A DNA stretch of 64,000 nt, from positions 2,356,001 through 2,420,000 of the forward strand of contig OZ024751.1 of assembly GCA_964016885.1 (NCBI GenBank), written 5' to 3'. Positions 27,011 to 40,900 of the stretch are shown here, one piece after another; the stretch's first letter is position 1; every line of letters starts with the position of its first letter. Both the position numbers and the translations under genes were made by a program. The notes under the pieces were generated by a model. That model ran no database searches. It saw nothing but the letters and a program-made list of their open reading frames with translations, and was not told the origin of the DNA. This stretch comes from Eledone cirrhosa. Its lineage: Eukaryota.

Positions 27011-30000
27011 ACCTTCCCTGTTGAACTGTCATATTGAACCTTCCCTGTTGAACTGTCATATTGAACCTTTTCTGTTGAACTGTCATGCTGAACCTTCCCT
27101 GTTGAACTGTGATGCTGAACCTTCCCTGTTGAACTGTCATGCTGAATATTCCCTGTTGAACTGTGATGCTGAACCTTCCCTGTTGAACTGTCATATTGAA
27201 CATTCCCTGTTGAACTGTCATGCTGAACCTTCCCTGTTGAACTGTCATATTGAACCTTTTCTGTTGAACTGTCATGCTGAACCTTCCCTGTTGAACTGTC
27301 ATGCTGAACATTCCCTGTTTAACTGTCATATTGAACCTTCCCTGTTGAACTGTCATGTTGAACCTTCTCTGTTTAACTGTCATATTGAACTTTCTCTGTT
27401 AAACAGTCATGCTGAACCTTCCTTGTTGAACTGTCATTTTGAACCTTCTCTGTTGAACTGTCATATTGAACCTTCTCTGTTGAACTGTCATGTTGGACCT
27501 TCTCTGTTGAACTGTCATATTGAACTTTCTCTGTTGAACTGTCATGCTGAATCTTCCCTGTTGAACTCTCATATTGAACCTTCCCTGTTTAACTGTCATA
27601 TTGAACTTTCTCTGTAGAACTGTCATGCTGAACCTTCCTTGTTGAACTGTCATGTTGAACCTTCTCTGTTTAACTGTCATGCTGAACTTTCTCTGTTGAA
27701 CTGTCATGATCAACCTTCCCTGTTGAACTGTCATGCTGAACATTCCCTGTTTAACTGTCATATTGAACTTTCTCTGTTGAACTGTCATGCTGAATATTCC
27801 CTGTTGAACTGTCATGCTGAACCTTCCCTCTTTAACTGTCATATTGAACTTTCTCTGTAGAACTGTCATGCTGAACCTTCCCTGTTGAACTATCATATTG
27901 AACCTTCTCTGTTGAACTGTCATGTTGGACCTTCTCTGTTCAACTGTCTTATTGAACCTTTTCTGTTTAACTGTCATATTGAACCTTCTCTGTTTAACTG
28001 TCATGCTGAACCTTCCCTGTTGAACTGTCATATTGAACCTTCCCTGTTGAACTGTCATGTTGAACCTTCTCTGTTTAACTGTCATATTGAACTTTCTCTG
28101 TTGAACTGTCATGTTGGACCTTCTCTGTTTAACTGTCATATTGAACCTTCTCTGTTTAACTATCATATTGAACTTTCTCTGTTGAACTGTGATGCTGAAC
28201 CTTCCCTGTTGAACTGTCATATTGAACCTTCCCTGTTGAACTGTCATGTTGAACCTTCTCTGTTTAACTGTCATATTGATCTTTCTCTGTTGAACTGTCA
28301 TGCTGAACCCTCCTTGTTGAACTGTCATGTTGAACCTTCTCTGTTTAACTGTCATGCTGAAATTTTTCTGTTGAACTGTCATGTTGAGCTTTCTCTGTTG
28401 AACTGTCATGCTGAACCTTCCCTGTTGAACTGTCATGCTGAACCTTCCTTGTTGAACTGTCATATTGAACTTTCTTTGTTGAACTGTCATGCTGAATCTT
28501 CCCTGTTGAACTCTCATATTGAACCTTCCCTGTTAAACTGTCATGTTGAACCTTCTCTGTTTAACTGTCATATTGAACTTTCTCTGTAGAACTGTCATGC
28601 TGAACCTTCCTTGTTTAACTGTCATGTTGAACCTTCTCTGTTTAACTGTCATGCTGAACATTCCCTGTTTAACTGTCATATTGAACATTCTCTGTTGAAC
28701 TGTCATGCTGAATCTTCCGTGTTTAACTGTCAGGTTGGACCTTCTCTGTTGAACTGTCATATTGAACTTTCTCTATTGAACTATCATGCTGAACGTTCTC
28801 TGTTGAACTGTCATGCTGAACCTTCCTTGTTGAGCTGTCATATTGAACTTTCTCTGTTGAACTGTCATGCTGAATCTTCCTTGTTGAACTGTCATATTGA
28901 ACCTTCTCTGTTGAACTGTCATGTTGGACCTTCTCTGTTTAACTGTCATGCTGAATCTTCTCTGTTTAACTATCATATTGAACTTTCTCTGTTGAACTGT
29001 CATGCTGAACCTTCCCTGTTGAACTGTCATATTGAACCTTCCCTGTTGAACTGTCATGTTGAACCTTCTCTGTTTAACTGTCATATTGAACTTTCTCTGT
29101 TGAACTGTCATGTTGGACCTTCTCTGTTGAACTGTCATATTGAACCTTCTCTGTTTAACTATCATATTGAACTTTCTCTGTTGAACTGTGATGCTGAACC
29201 TTCCCTGTTGAACTGTCATATTGAATCTTCCCTGTTGAACTGTCATGTTGAACCTTCTATGTTTAACTGTCATATTGAACTTTCTCTGTTGAACTGTCAT
29301 GCTGAATCTTCCTTGTTGAGCTGTCATGTTGTACATTCTCTGTTGAACTGTCATATTGAACTTTCTCTGTTGAACTGTCATGTTGGACCTTCTTTGTTGA
29401 ACTGTCATATTGAACTTTCTCTGTTGAACTGTCATGCTGAATCTTCCCTGTTGAACTCTCATATTGAACCTTCCCTGTTGAACTGTCATGTTGAACCTTT
29501 TCTGTTTAACTGTCATATTGAACTTTCTCTGTAGAACTGTCATGCTGAACCTTCCTTGTTGAACTGTCATGTTGAACCATCTCTGTTTAACTGTCATGCT
29601 GAACATTCACTGTTTAACTGTCATATTGAACTTTCTCTGTTGAACTGTTATGCTGAATCTTCCCTGTTTAAATGTCATGTTGGACCTTCTCTGTTGAACT
29701 GTCATATTGAACTTTCTCTTTTGAACTATCATGCTGAACGTTCTCTGTTGAACTGTCATGCTGAACCTTCCTTGTTGAGCTGTCATGTTGAACCTTCTCT
29801 GTTGAACTGTCATATTGAACCTTCTCTGTTGAACTGTCATGTTGGACCTTCTCTGTTGAACTGTCATATTGAAATTTCTCTGTTGAATTGACATGCTGAA
29901 CCATCCTTGTTGAACTGTCATATTGAACCTTCTCTGTTGAACTGTCATATTGGACCTTCTCTGTTGAACTGTCATATTGAACCTTCTCTGTAGAACTGTC

Positions 30001-30660
30001 ATATTGAACCTTCTCTGTCTAACTGTCATATTGAACTGTCTCTGTTGAACTGTCATACTGAAACTTCTCTGTTGAACTGTCATATTGAACTTTCTCTGTT
30101 GAACTGTCATGCTGAACTTTCCCTGTTGAACTGTCATATTGAACCTTCTCTGTTGAACTGTCATGTTGGACCTACTCTGTTTAACTATCATATTGAACCT
30201 TCCCTGTTGAACTGTCATATTGAACTTTCCCTGTTGAACTGTCATGCTGAAACTTCTCTGTTGAACTGTCATGTTGAACCTTCTCTTTTTAACTGTCATG
30301 CTGACCCTTCTCTGTTGAACTGTCATATTGAACTTTCTCTGTTGAACTGTCATGCTGAACATTCCCTTTTGAACTGTCATTTTGAACCTTCTCTGTTGAA
30401 CTGTGATGCTGAACCTTCCCTGTTGAACTATCATATTGAACCTTCTCTGTTGAACTGTCATGTTGGACGTTCTCTGTTTAATTGTCATTGAACCTTCTCT
30501 GTTTAACTGTCATATTGAACCTTCCCTGTTGAACTGTCATGTTGAACCTTCTCTGTTTAACTGTCATATTGAACTTTCTCTGTTGAACTGTCATGCTGAA
30601 CCCTACTTGTTTAACTGTCATTTTGAACCTTCTCTGTTGAACTGTCATATTGAAGCTTCT

Positions 30661-33214
30661 CTGTTGACCTGTCATGTTGGACCTTCTCTGTGTAACTGTC
30701 ATATTGAACCTTCTCTGTTGAACTGTCATGCTGAACCTTCCCTTTTGAACTGTCATATTGAACCTTCTATGTTGAACTGTCATGCTGAACCTTCCCTGTT
30801 GAACTATCATATTGAACCTTCTCTGTTGAACTGTCATGTTGGACCTTCTCTGTTAAACTGTAATATTGAACCTTCTCTGTTTAACTGTCATATTGAACTT
30901 TCTCTGTTGAACTGTCATACTGAACCTTCTCTGTTGAATTGTCATATTGCACCATCCCTGTTGAACTGTCATGTTGGACCTTCCCTGTTTAACTGTCATA
31001 TTGAACCTTTGCTGTTGAACTTCCATATTAAACTTTGTCTGTTGAACTGTCATGCTGAACCTTCCCTGTTGAACTGTCATGCTGAACCTTCCCTGTTTAA
31101 CTGTCATGCCGAACCTTCTATGTTGAACTTACATGCTCAACATTCCCTGTTGAACTGTCATGTTGGACCTTCTCTGTTTAACTGTCATATTGAGCTTTCT
31201 CTGTTGAACTGTCATGCTGAACCTTCCTTGTTGAACTGTCATGTTGAGCCTTCTCTGTTGAACTGTCATGTTGGATCTTCTCTGTTGAACCGTCATATTG
31301 AACCTTCTCTGTAGAACTGTCATATTGAACCTTCTTTGTTTAACTGTCATGTTGAACTTTCTCTGTTGAACTGTCATATTGAACATTCTCTGTTGAACTG
31401 TCATACTGAACCTTCCCTGTTGAACTGTCATATTGAACCTTCTCTGTTGAACTGTCATGTTGGACCTTCTCTGTTTAACTGTCATATTGAACCTTCTCTG
31501 TTTAACTCTCATATTGAACTTTCTCTGTTGAACTGTCATGCTGAACCTTCCTTGTTGAACTGTCATTCTGAACCTTCCCTATTTAACTGTCATATTGAAA
31601 TTTCTCTGTTGAACTGTCATGCTGGACCTTCCCTTTTGAACTGTCATATTGAACCTTCTCTGTTGAACTGTCATGTTGGACAATCTCTGTTTAACTGTCA
31701 TATTGAACCTTCTCTGTTTAACTGTCATATTGAACTTTCTCTGTTAAACAGTCATGCTGAACCTTCCCTGTTGAACTGTCATATTGAACCTTTTCTGTTG
31801 AACTGTCATGCTGAACCTTCCCTGTTGAACTGTCATATTGAACCTTCTCTTGTTGAACTGTCATGTTGGACCTTCTCTGTTGAACTGTCATTTTGAACCT
31901 TCTCTGTTGAACTGTCATATTGAAGCTTCTCTGTTGAACTGTCATACTGAACATTCTCTGTTGAACTGTCCTATTGAACCTTCCCTGTTGAACTGTCATG
32001 TTGGACCTTCCCCGTTTAACTGTCAAATTGAACCTTCCCTGTTGAACTGTTATATTGAACTTTCTCTGTTGAACTGTCATGCTGAACCTTCTCTGTTGAA
32101 ATGTCATGTTGAACCTTCTATGTTGAACTGTCATGCTGAACCTTCCTTGTTGAACTGTCATGTTGAACCTTCTATGTTGAACTGTCATGCTGAACCTTCC
32201 CTGTTGACCTGTCATGTTGGACCTTCTCTGTGTAACTGTCATATTGAACCTTCTCTGTTGAACTGTCATGCTGAACCTTCCCTTTTGAACTGTCATATTG
32301 AACCTTCTATGTTGAACTGTCATGCTGAACCTTCCCTGTTGAACTATCATATTGAACCTTCTCTGTTGAACTGTCATGTTGGACCTTCTCTGTTAAACTG
32401 TAATATTGAACCTTCTCTGTTTAACTGTCATATTGAACTTTCTCTGTTGAACTGTCATACTGAACCTTCTCTGTTGAATTGTCATATTGCACCATCCCTG
32501 TTGAACTGTCATGTTGGACCTTCCCTGTTTAACTGTCATATTGAACCTTTGCTGTTGAACTTCCATATTAAACTTTGTCTGTTGAACTGTCATGCTGAAC
32601 CTTCCCTGTTGAACTGTCATGCTGAACCTTCCCTGTTTAACTGTCATGCCGAACCTTCTATGTTGAACTGACATGCTCAACATTCCCTGTTGAACTGTCA
32701 TGTTGGACCTTCTCTGTTTAACTGTCATATTGAGCTTTCTCTGTTGAACTGTCATGCTGAACCTTCCTTGTTGAACTGTCATGTTGAGCCTTCTCTGTTG
32801 AACTGTCATGTTGGACCTTCTCTGTTGAACCGTCATATTGAACCTTCTCTGTAGAACTGTCATATTGAACCTTCTTTGTTTAACTGTCATGTTGAACTTT
32901 CTCTGTTGAACTGTCATATTGAACATTCTCTGTTGAACTGTCATACTGAACCTTCCCTGTTGAACTGTCATATTGAACCTTCTCTGTTGAACTGTCATGT
33001 TGGACCTTCTCTGTTTAACTGTCATATTGAACCTTCTCTGTTTAACTCTCATATTGAACTTTCTCTGTTGAACTGTCATGCTGAACCTTCCTTGTTGAAC
33101 TGTCATTCTGAACCTTCCCTATTTAACTGTCATATTGAAATTTCTCTGTTGAACTGTCATGCTGGACCTTCCCTTTTGAACTGTCATATTGAACCTTCTC
33201 TGTTGAACTGTCAT
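30661..33214 (+). repeat. Duplication of a ~1-kb block at offset 1540 bp (30661-~31674 and 32201-~33214)
   Basis: ctgttgacctgtc occurs at 30661 and 32201. The copies share gcaccatccc, ttccatattaaactttgtc and catgccgaac. ORF pairs 31336/32876 and 30853/32393 have offset 1540. Confidence 0.9.
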
Positions 33215-33639
33215 GCTGAACCTTCCCTGTTGAACTGTCATATTGAACCTTTTCTGTTGAACTGTCATGCTGAACCTTCCCTGTTGAACTGTCATATTGA
33301 ACCTTCTCTGTTGAACTGTCATGTTGGACAATCTCTGTTTAACTGTCATATTGAACCTTCTCTGTTTAACTGTCATATTGAACTTTCTCTGTTAAACAGT
33401 CATGCTGAACCTTCCCTGTTGAACTGTCATATTGAACCTTCTCTGTTGAACTGTCGTATTGAACCTTCCTTGTTGAACTGTCATGTTGAACCTTCTCTAT
33501 TTATCTGTCATATTGAACTTTCTCTGTTGAATTGTCATGCTGAACCTTCCTTGTTGAACCTACTCTGTTGAACTGTCATATTGAACCTGATCTGTTGAAC
33601 TGTCATATTGAACCTTCTCTGTTTAACTGTCATATTGAA

Positions 33640-36440
33640 GTTTCTCTGTTGAACTGTCATGCTGAACCTTCCCTGTTGTACAGTCATATTGAACCTTCTC
33701 TGTTGAACTGTCATGCTGAACCTTCCTGTTGAACTGTCATATTGAACCTCCCCTATTTAACTGTCATATTGAACCTTCTCTGTTGAACTGTCATGCTGAA
33801 CCTTCCCTGTTGAACTATCATATTGAACCTTCTCTGTTGAACTGTCATGTTGGACCTTCTCTGTTTAACTGTCATATTGAACCTTCTCTGTTGAACTGTC
33901 ATGTTGAACCTTTCCTGTTGAACTGTCCTGTTGAACCTTCTCTGTTTAACTGTCATATTGAACCTTCTCTGTTTAACTGTCATGTTGAACCTTCCTTGTT
34001 GAACTGTCACGTTGGACCTTCTCTGTTGAACTGTCGTATTAAACCTTCCCTGTTGAACTGTCATGCTGAACCTTCTCTGTTTAACTGTCATGATGAACCT
34101 TCTCTGTTGAACTGTCATGCTGAACATTCCCTGTTTAACTGTCATATTGAACTTTCTCTGTTGAACTGTCATGCTGAATCTTCCCTGTTTAACTGTCATG
34201 TTGGACCATCTCTGTTGAACTGTCATATTGAATTTTCTCTGTTGAACTGTCATGCTGAACCTTCTCTGTTGAACTGTCATGCTGAATCTTCCTTGTTGAG
34301 CTGTCATGTTGTACCTTCTCTGTTGAACTGTCATGTTGAACCTTCTCTGTTGAACTGTCATGTTGGACCTTCTCTGTTGAACTGTCATATTGAACTTTCT
34401 CTGCTGAACTGTCATGCTGAATCTTCCCTGTTGAACTCTCATATTGAACCTTCCCTGTTGAACTGTCATGTTGAACCTTCTCTGTTTAACTGTCATATTG
34501 AACTTTCTCTGTAGAACTGTCATGCTGAACCTTCCTTGTTGAACTGTCGTGCTGAACTTTCTCTGTTGAACTGTCATGCTGAACCTTCCCTGTTGAACTG
34601 TCATGCTGAACCTTCCCACTTTAACTGTCATGCTGAACATTCCCTGTTTAACTGTCATATTGAACTTTCTCTGTTGAACTGTCTTGCTGAATCTTCCCTG
34701 TTAAACTGTCATGTTGGACCTTCTTTGTTGAACTGTCATAATGAACTTTCTCTTTTGAACTATCATGCTGAACGTTCTCTGTTGAACTGTCATCCTGAAC
34801 CTTCTCTATTGAACTGTCATGCTGAACCTTCCTTGTTGAGCTGTCATGTTGAACCTTCTCTGTTCAACTGTCATATTGAACCTTCTCTGATGAACTGTCA
34901 TGTTGGACCTTCTCTGTTGAACTGTCATATTGAACTTTCTCTGTTGAACTGTCATGCTGAATCTTCCCTGTTGAACTGTCATGCTGAAACTTCCCTGCTT
35001 AACTGTCATATTGAACTTTCTATGTTGAATTGTCATGCTGAACCTTCCCTGTTGAACTGTCATATTGAACCTTCCCTGTTGAACTGTCATGTTGGACCTT
35101 CTCTGTTTAACTGTCATATTGAACCTTCTCTGTTTAACTGTCATATTGAACCTTCTCTGTTGAACTGTCATGTTGAACCTTCCCTGTTGAACTGTCATGT
35201 TGAACCTTCTCTGTTTAACTGTCATATTGACCTTTCTCTGTTGAACTGTCATGCTGAATCTTCCTTTGTTGAACTGTCATGTTGGACCTTCTCTGTTTAA
35301 CTATCATATTGAACCTTCTCTGTTTAACTGTCATATTGAAGTTTCTCTGTTGAACTGTTATGCTGAACCTTCCCTGTTGTACAGTTATATTGAACCTTCT
35401 CTGTTGAACTGTCATGCTGAACCTTCCTGTTGAACTGTCATATTGAACCTCCCCTATTTAACTGTCATATTGAACCTTCTCTGTTGAACTGTCATGCTGA
35501 ACCTTCCCTGTTGAACTATCATATTGAACCTTCTCTGTTGAACTGTCATGTTGGACCTTCTCTGTTTAACTGTTATATTAAACCTTCTCTGTTGAACTGT
35601 CATGTTGAACCTTTCCTGTTGAACTGTCCTGTTGAACCTTCTCTGTTTAACTGTCGTATTAAACCTTCCCTGTTGAACTGTCATGCTGAACCTTCTCTGT
35701 TTAACTGTCATGATGAACCTTCTCTGTTGAACTGTCATGCTGAACATTCCCTGTTTAACTGTCATATTGAACTTTTTCTGTTGAACTGTCATGCTGAATC
35801 TTCCCTGTTTAACTGTCATGTTGGACCATCTCTGTTGAACTGTCATATTGAATTTTCTCTGTTGAACTGTCATGCTGAACGTTCTCTGTTGAACTGTCAT
35901 GCTGAACCTTCTCTGTTGAACTGTCATGCTGAATCTTCCTTGTTGAGCTGTCATGTTGTACCTTCTCTGTTGAACTGTCATGTTGAACCTTCTTTGTTGA
36001 ACTGTCATATTGAACTTTCTCTGTTGAACTGTCATGCTGAATCTTCCCTGTTGAACTCTCATATTGAACCTTCCCTGTTGAACTGTCATGTTGAACCTTC
36101 TCTGTTTAACTGTCATATTGAACTTTCTCTGTTTAACTGTCATGCTGAACTTTCTCTGTTGAACTGACATGCTGAACCTTCCCTGTTGAACTGTCATGCT
36201 GAACCTTCCCTCTTTAACTGTCATGCTGAACATTCCCTGTTTAACTGTCATATTGAACTTTCTCTGTTGAACTGTCTTGCTGAATCTTCCCTGTTAAACT
36301 GTCATGTTGGACCTTCTTTGTTGAACTGTCATAATGAACTTTCTCTTTTGAACTATCATGCTGAACGTTCTCTGTTGAACTGTCATCCTAAACCTTCTCT
36401 ATTGAACTGTCATGCTGAACCTTCCTTGTTGAGCTGTCAT
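33640..36440 (+). repeat. Diverged duplication at offset 1701 bp, shrinking to about 1593 bp through monomer loss
   Basis: gaagtttctc occurs at ~33637/~35338 and cctcccctattt at ~33747/~35448. ORFs 33729 and 35430 start alike. ctgtcttgctgaatc occurs at ~34679/~36272. Confidence 0.82.
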
Positions 36441-37979
36441 ATTGAACTTTCTCTGTTGAACTGTCATGCTGAATCTTCCCTGTTGAACTGTCATGCTGAA
36501 CCTTCCCTGCTTAACTGTCATATTGAACTTTCTATGTTGAATTGTCATGCTAAACCTTCCCTGTTGAACTGTCATATTGAACCTTCTCTGCTGAACTGTC
36601 ATGCTGAACCTTCCCTGTTGCAATATCATATTGAACCTTCTCTGTTGAACTGTCATGTTGGAACTTCTCTGTTTAACTGTCATATTGAACCTTCTCTGTT
36701 TAACTGTCATATTGAACCTTCTCTGTTGAACTGTCATGTTGAACCTTCCCTGTTGAACTGTCATGTTGGACCTTCTCTGTTGTACTATCATAATGAACTT
36801 TCTCTTTTGAACTATCATGCTGAGCGTTCTCTGTTGAACTGTCATCCTGAACCTTCTCTGTTGAACTGTCATGCTGAACCTTCCTTGTTGAGCTGTCATG
36901 TTGAACCTTCTCTGTTGAACTGTCATATTGAACCTTCTCTGTTGAACTGTCATGTTGAACCTTCTCTGTTGAACTGTCATATTGAACCTTCTCTGCTGAA
37001 CTGTCATGCTGAACCTTCCCTGTTGAACTATCATATTGAACTTTCTCTGTTGAACTGTCATGTTGGACCTTCTCTGTTTAACTGTCATATTGAACCTTCT
37101 CTGTTTAACTGTCATATTGAACCTTCCCTGTTGAACCTTCTCTGTTTAACTGTCATATTGAACTTTCTCTGTTGAACTGTCATGCTGAACCTTCCTTGTT
37201 GAACTGTTATGTTGGACCTTCTCTGTTTAACTATCATATTGAACTTTCTCTGTTGAACTGTCATGTTGAACCTTCTCTGTTGGACTTTCATATTGAACCT
37301 TCTCTGTTGAACTGTCGTATTGAACTTTCTCTGTTGAACTGTCATGCTGAATCTTCCCTGTTTAACTGTCATGTTGGACCTTCTCTGTTTAACTGTCATG
37401 CTGAACTTTCTCTGTTGAACTGTCATGCTGAACCTTCCCTATTGAACCGTCATGCTGAACCTTCCCTCTTTAACTGTCATGCTGAACATTCCCTGTTTAA
37501 CTGTCATATTGAACTTTCTCTGTTGAATTGTCATGCTGAATCTTCCCTGTTTAACTGTCATGTTGGACCTTCTCTGTTGAACTGTCATAATGAACCTTCT
37601 CTTTCGAACTATCATGCTGAACGTTCTCTGTTGAACTGTCATGTTGAACCTTCTCTGTTGGACTTTCATATTGAACCTTCTCTGTTGAACTGTCGTATTG
37701 AACCTTCCCTGTTGAACTGTCATGTTGAACCTTCTCAGTTTATCTGTCATATTGAACTTTCTCTGTTGAATTGTCATCCTGAACCTTCCTTGTTGAACTG
37801 TCATGTGGAACCTACTCTGTTGAACTGTAATACTGAACCTTCTCTGTTGAACTGTCATATTGAACACTTCTCTGTTTAACTGTCATATTGAACTTCCTCT
37901 GTTGAACTGTCATGCTGAACCTTCCCTGTTGTACAGTCATATTGAACCTTCTCTGTTGAACTGTCATGCTGAACCTTCC

Positions 37980-40900
37980 TGTTGAACTGTCATATTGAAC
38001 CTTCTCTGTTGAACTGTTATGTTGAACCTTCTCTGTTTAACTGTCATATTGAACCTTCTCTGTTTAACTGTGATATTGAACCTTCTCTGTTGAACTGTCA
38101 TGTTGAACCTTTCCTGTTGAACTGTCATGTTGAACCTTCTCTGTTTAACTGTCATATTGAACCTTCTCTGTTGAACTGTCATGCTGAACCTTCCTTGTTG
38201 AACTGTCACGTTGGACCTTCTCTGTTTAACTATCATATTGAACCTACTCTGTTTAACTATCATATTGAACATTCCCTGTTGAACAGTCATGCTGAACCTT
38301 CCCTCTTTAACTATCATGCTGAACATTCCCTGTTTAACTGTCATATTGAATTTTCTCTGTTGAACTGTCATGCTGAATCTTCCCTGTTTAACTGTCATAT
38401 TGGACCTTCTCTGTTTAACTGTCATATTGAACCTTCCCTGTTGAACTGTCATGTTGAACCTTCTCTGTTTAACTGTCATATTGAACTTTCTCTGTTGAAC
38501 TGTCATGCTGAACCTTCCTTGTTGAACTGTCATGTTGGACCTTCTCTGTTTAACTATCATATTGAACCTTCTCTGTTTAACTATCATATTGAACTTTCTC
38601 TGTTGAACTGTCATGCTGAAGCCTCCCTGTTGAACTGTCATGTTGAACCTTCTCTGTTGGACTTTCATATTGAACCTTCTCTGTTGAACTGTCGTATTGA
38701 ACTTTCTCTGTTGAACTGTCATGCTGAATCTTCCCTGTTTAACTGTCATGTTGGACCTTCTCTGTTTAACTGTCATGCTGAACTTTCTCTGTTGAACTGT
38801 CATGCTGAACCTTCCCTATTGAACTGTCATGCTGAACCTTCCCTCTTTATCTGTCATGCTGAACATTCCCTGTTTAACTGTCATATTGAACTTTCTCTGT
38901 TGAATTGTCATGCTGAATCTTCCCTGTTTAACTGTCATGTTGGACCTTCTCTGTTGTACTGTCATAATGAACTTTCTCTTTTGAACTATCATGCTGAACG
39001 TTCTCTGTTGAACTGTCATGCTGAACCTTCTCTGTTGAACTGTCATGTTGAACCTTCCCTGTTGAACTGTCATGTTGAACCTTCTCTGTTTAACTGTCAT
39101 ATTGAACTTTCTCTGTTGAACTGTCATGCTGAACCTTCCTTGTTGAATGGTCATGTTGGACCTTCTCTGATTAACTATCATATTGAACTTTCTCTGTTGA
39201 ACTGTCATGCTGAAGCTTCCCTGTTGAACTGTCATGTTGAACCTTCTCTGTTGGACTTTCATATTGAACCTTCTCTGTTGAACTGTCGTATTGAACCTTC
39301 CCTGTTGAACTGTCATGTTGAACCTTCTCAGTTTATCTGTCATATTGAACTTTCTCTGTTGAATTGTCATCCTGAACCTTCCTTGTTGAACTGTCATGTT
39401 GAACCTACTCTGTTGAACTGTAATACTGAACCTTCTCTGTTGAACTGTCATATTGAACCTTCTCTGTTTAACTGTCATATTGAACTTTCTCTGTTGAACT
39501 GTCATGCTGAACCTTCCCTGTTGTACAGTCATATTGAACCTTCTCTGTTGAACTGTCATGCTGAACCTTCCTGTTGAACTGTCATATTGAACCTTCTCTG
39601 TTGAACTGTTATGTTGGACCTTCTCTGTTTAACTGTCATATTGAACCTTCTCTGTTTAACTGTGATATTGAACCTTCTCTGTTGAACTGTCATGTTGAAC
39701 CTTTCCTGTTGAACTGTCATGTTGAACCTTCTCTGTTTAACTGTCATATTGATCCTTCTCTGTTGAACTGTCATGCTGAACCTTCCTTGTTGAACTGTCA
39801 CGTTGGACCTTCTCTGTTTAACTATCATATTGAACCTACTCTGTTTAACTATCATATTGAACCTTCCCTGTTGTACAGTCATATTGAACCTTCTCTGTTT
39901 AACTGTCATGCTGAATCTTCCCTGTTTAACTGTCATATTGGACCTTCTCTGTTTAACTGTCATATTGAACCTTCCCTGTTGAACTGTCATGTTGAACCTT
40001 CTCTGTTTAACTGTCATATTGAACTTTCTCTGTTGAACTGTCATGCTGAACCTTCCTTGTTGAACTGTCATGTTGGACCTTCTCTGTTTAACTATCATAT
40101 TGAACCTTCTCTGTTTAACTATCATATTGAACTTTCTCTGTTGAACTGTCATGCTGAAGCCTCCCTGTTGAACTGTCATGTTGAACCTTCTCTGTTGGAC
40201 TTTCATATTGAACCTTCTCTGTTGAACTGTCGTATTGAACTTTCTCTGTTGAACTGTCATGCTGAATCTTCCCTGTTTAACTGTCATGTTGGACCTTCTC
40301 TGTTTAACTGTCATGCTGAACTTTCTCTGTTGAACTGTCATGCTGAACCTTCCCTATTGTACTGTCATGCTGAACCTTCCCTCTTTATCTGTCATGCTGA
40401 ACATTCCCTGTTTAACTGTCATATTGAACTTTCTCTGTTGAATTGTCATGCTGAATCTTCCCTGTTTAACTGTCATGTTGGACCTTCTCTGTTGTACTGT
40501 CATAATGAACTTTCTCTTTTGAACTATCATGCTGAACGTTCTCTGTTGAACTGTCATGCTGAACCTTCTCTGTTGAACTGTCATGTTGAACCTTCCCTGT
40601 TGAACTGTCATGTTGAACCTTCTCTGTTTAACTGTCATATTGAACTTTCTCTGTTGAACTGTCATGCTGAACCTTCCTTGTTGAATGGTCATGTTGGACC
40701 TTCTCTGATTAACTATCATATTGAACTTTCTCTGTTGAACTGTCATGCTGAAGCTTCCCTGTTGAACTGTCATGTTGAACCTTCTCTGTTGGACTTTCAT
40801 ATTGAACCTTCTCTGTTGAACTGTCGTATTGAACCTTCCCTGTTGAACTGTCATGTTGAACCTTCTCAGTTTATCTGTCATATTGAACTTTCTCTGTTGA

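Larger units (their letters stand above)
21470..30110 (+). repeat. Older, diverged duplication: ~21470-24200 versus ~27190-30110 (offset about 5.8-5.9 kb)
   Basis: Rare markers occur in the same order in both copies: gatcaacc 21934/27708, gtgtttaactgtcagg 22861/28719, cattcactg ~23719/~29604 and gtctaac 24078/30017. Confidence 0.82.
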
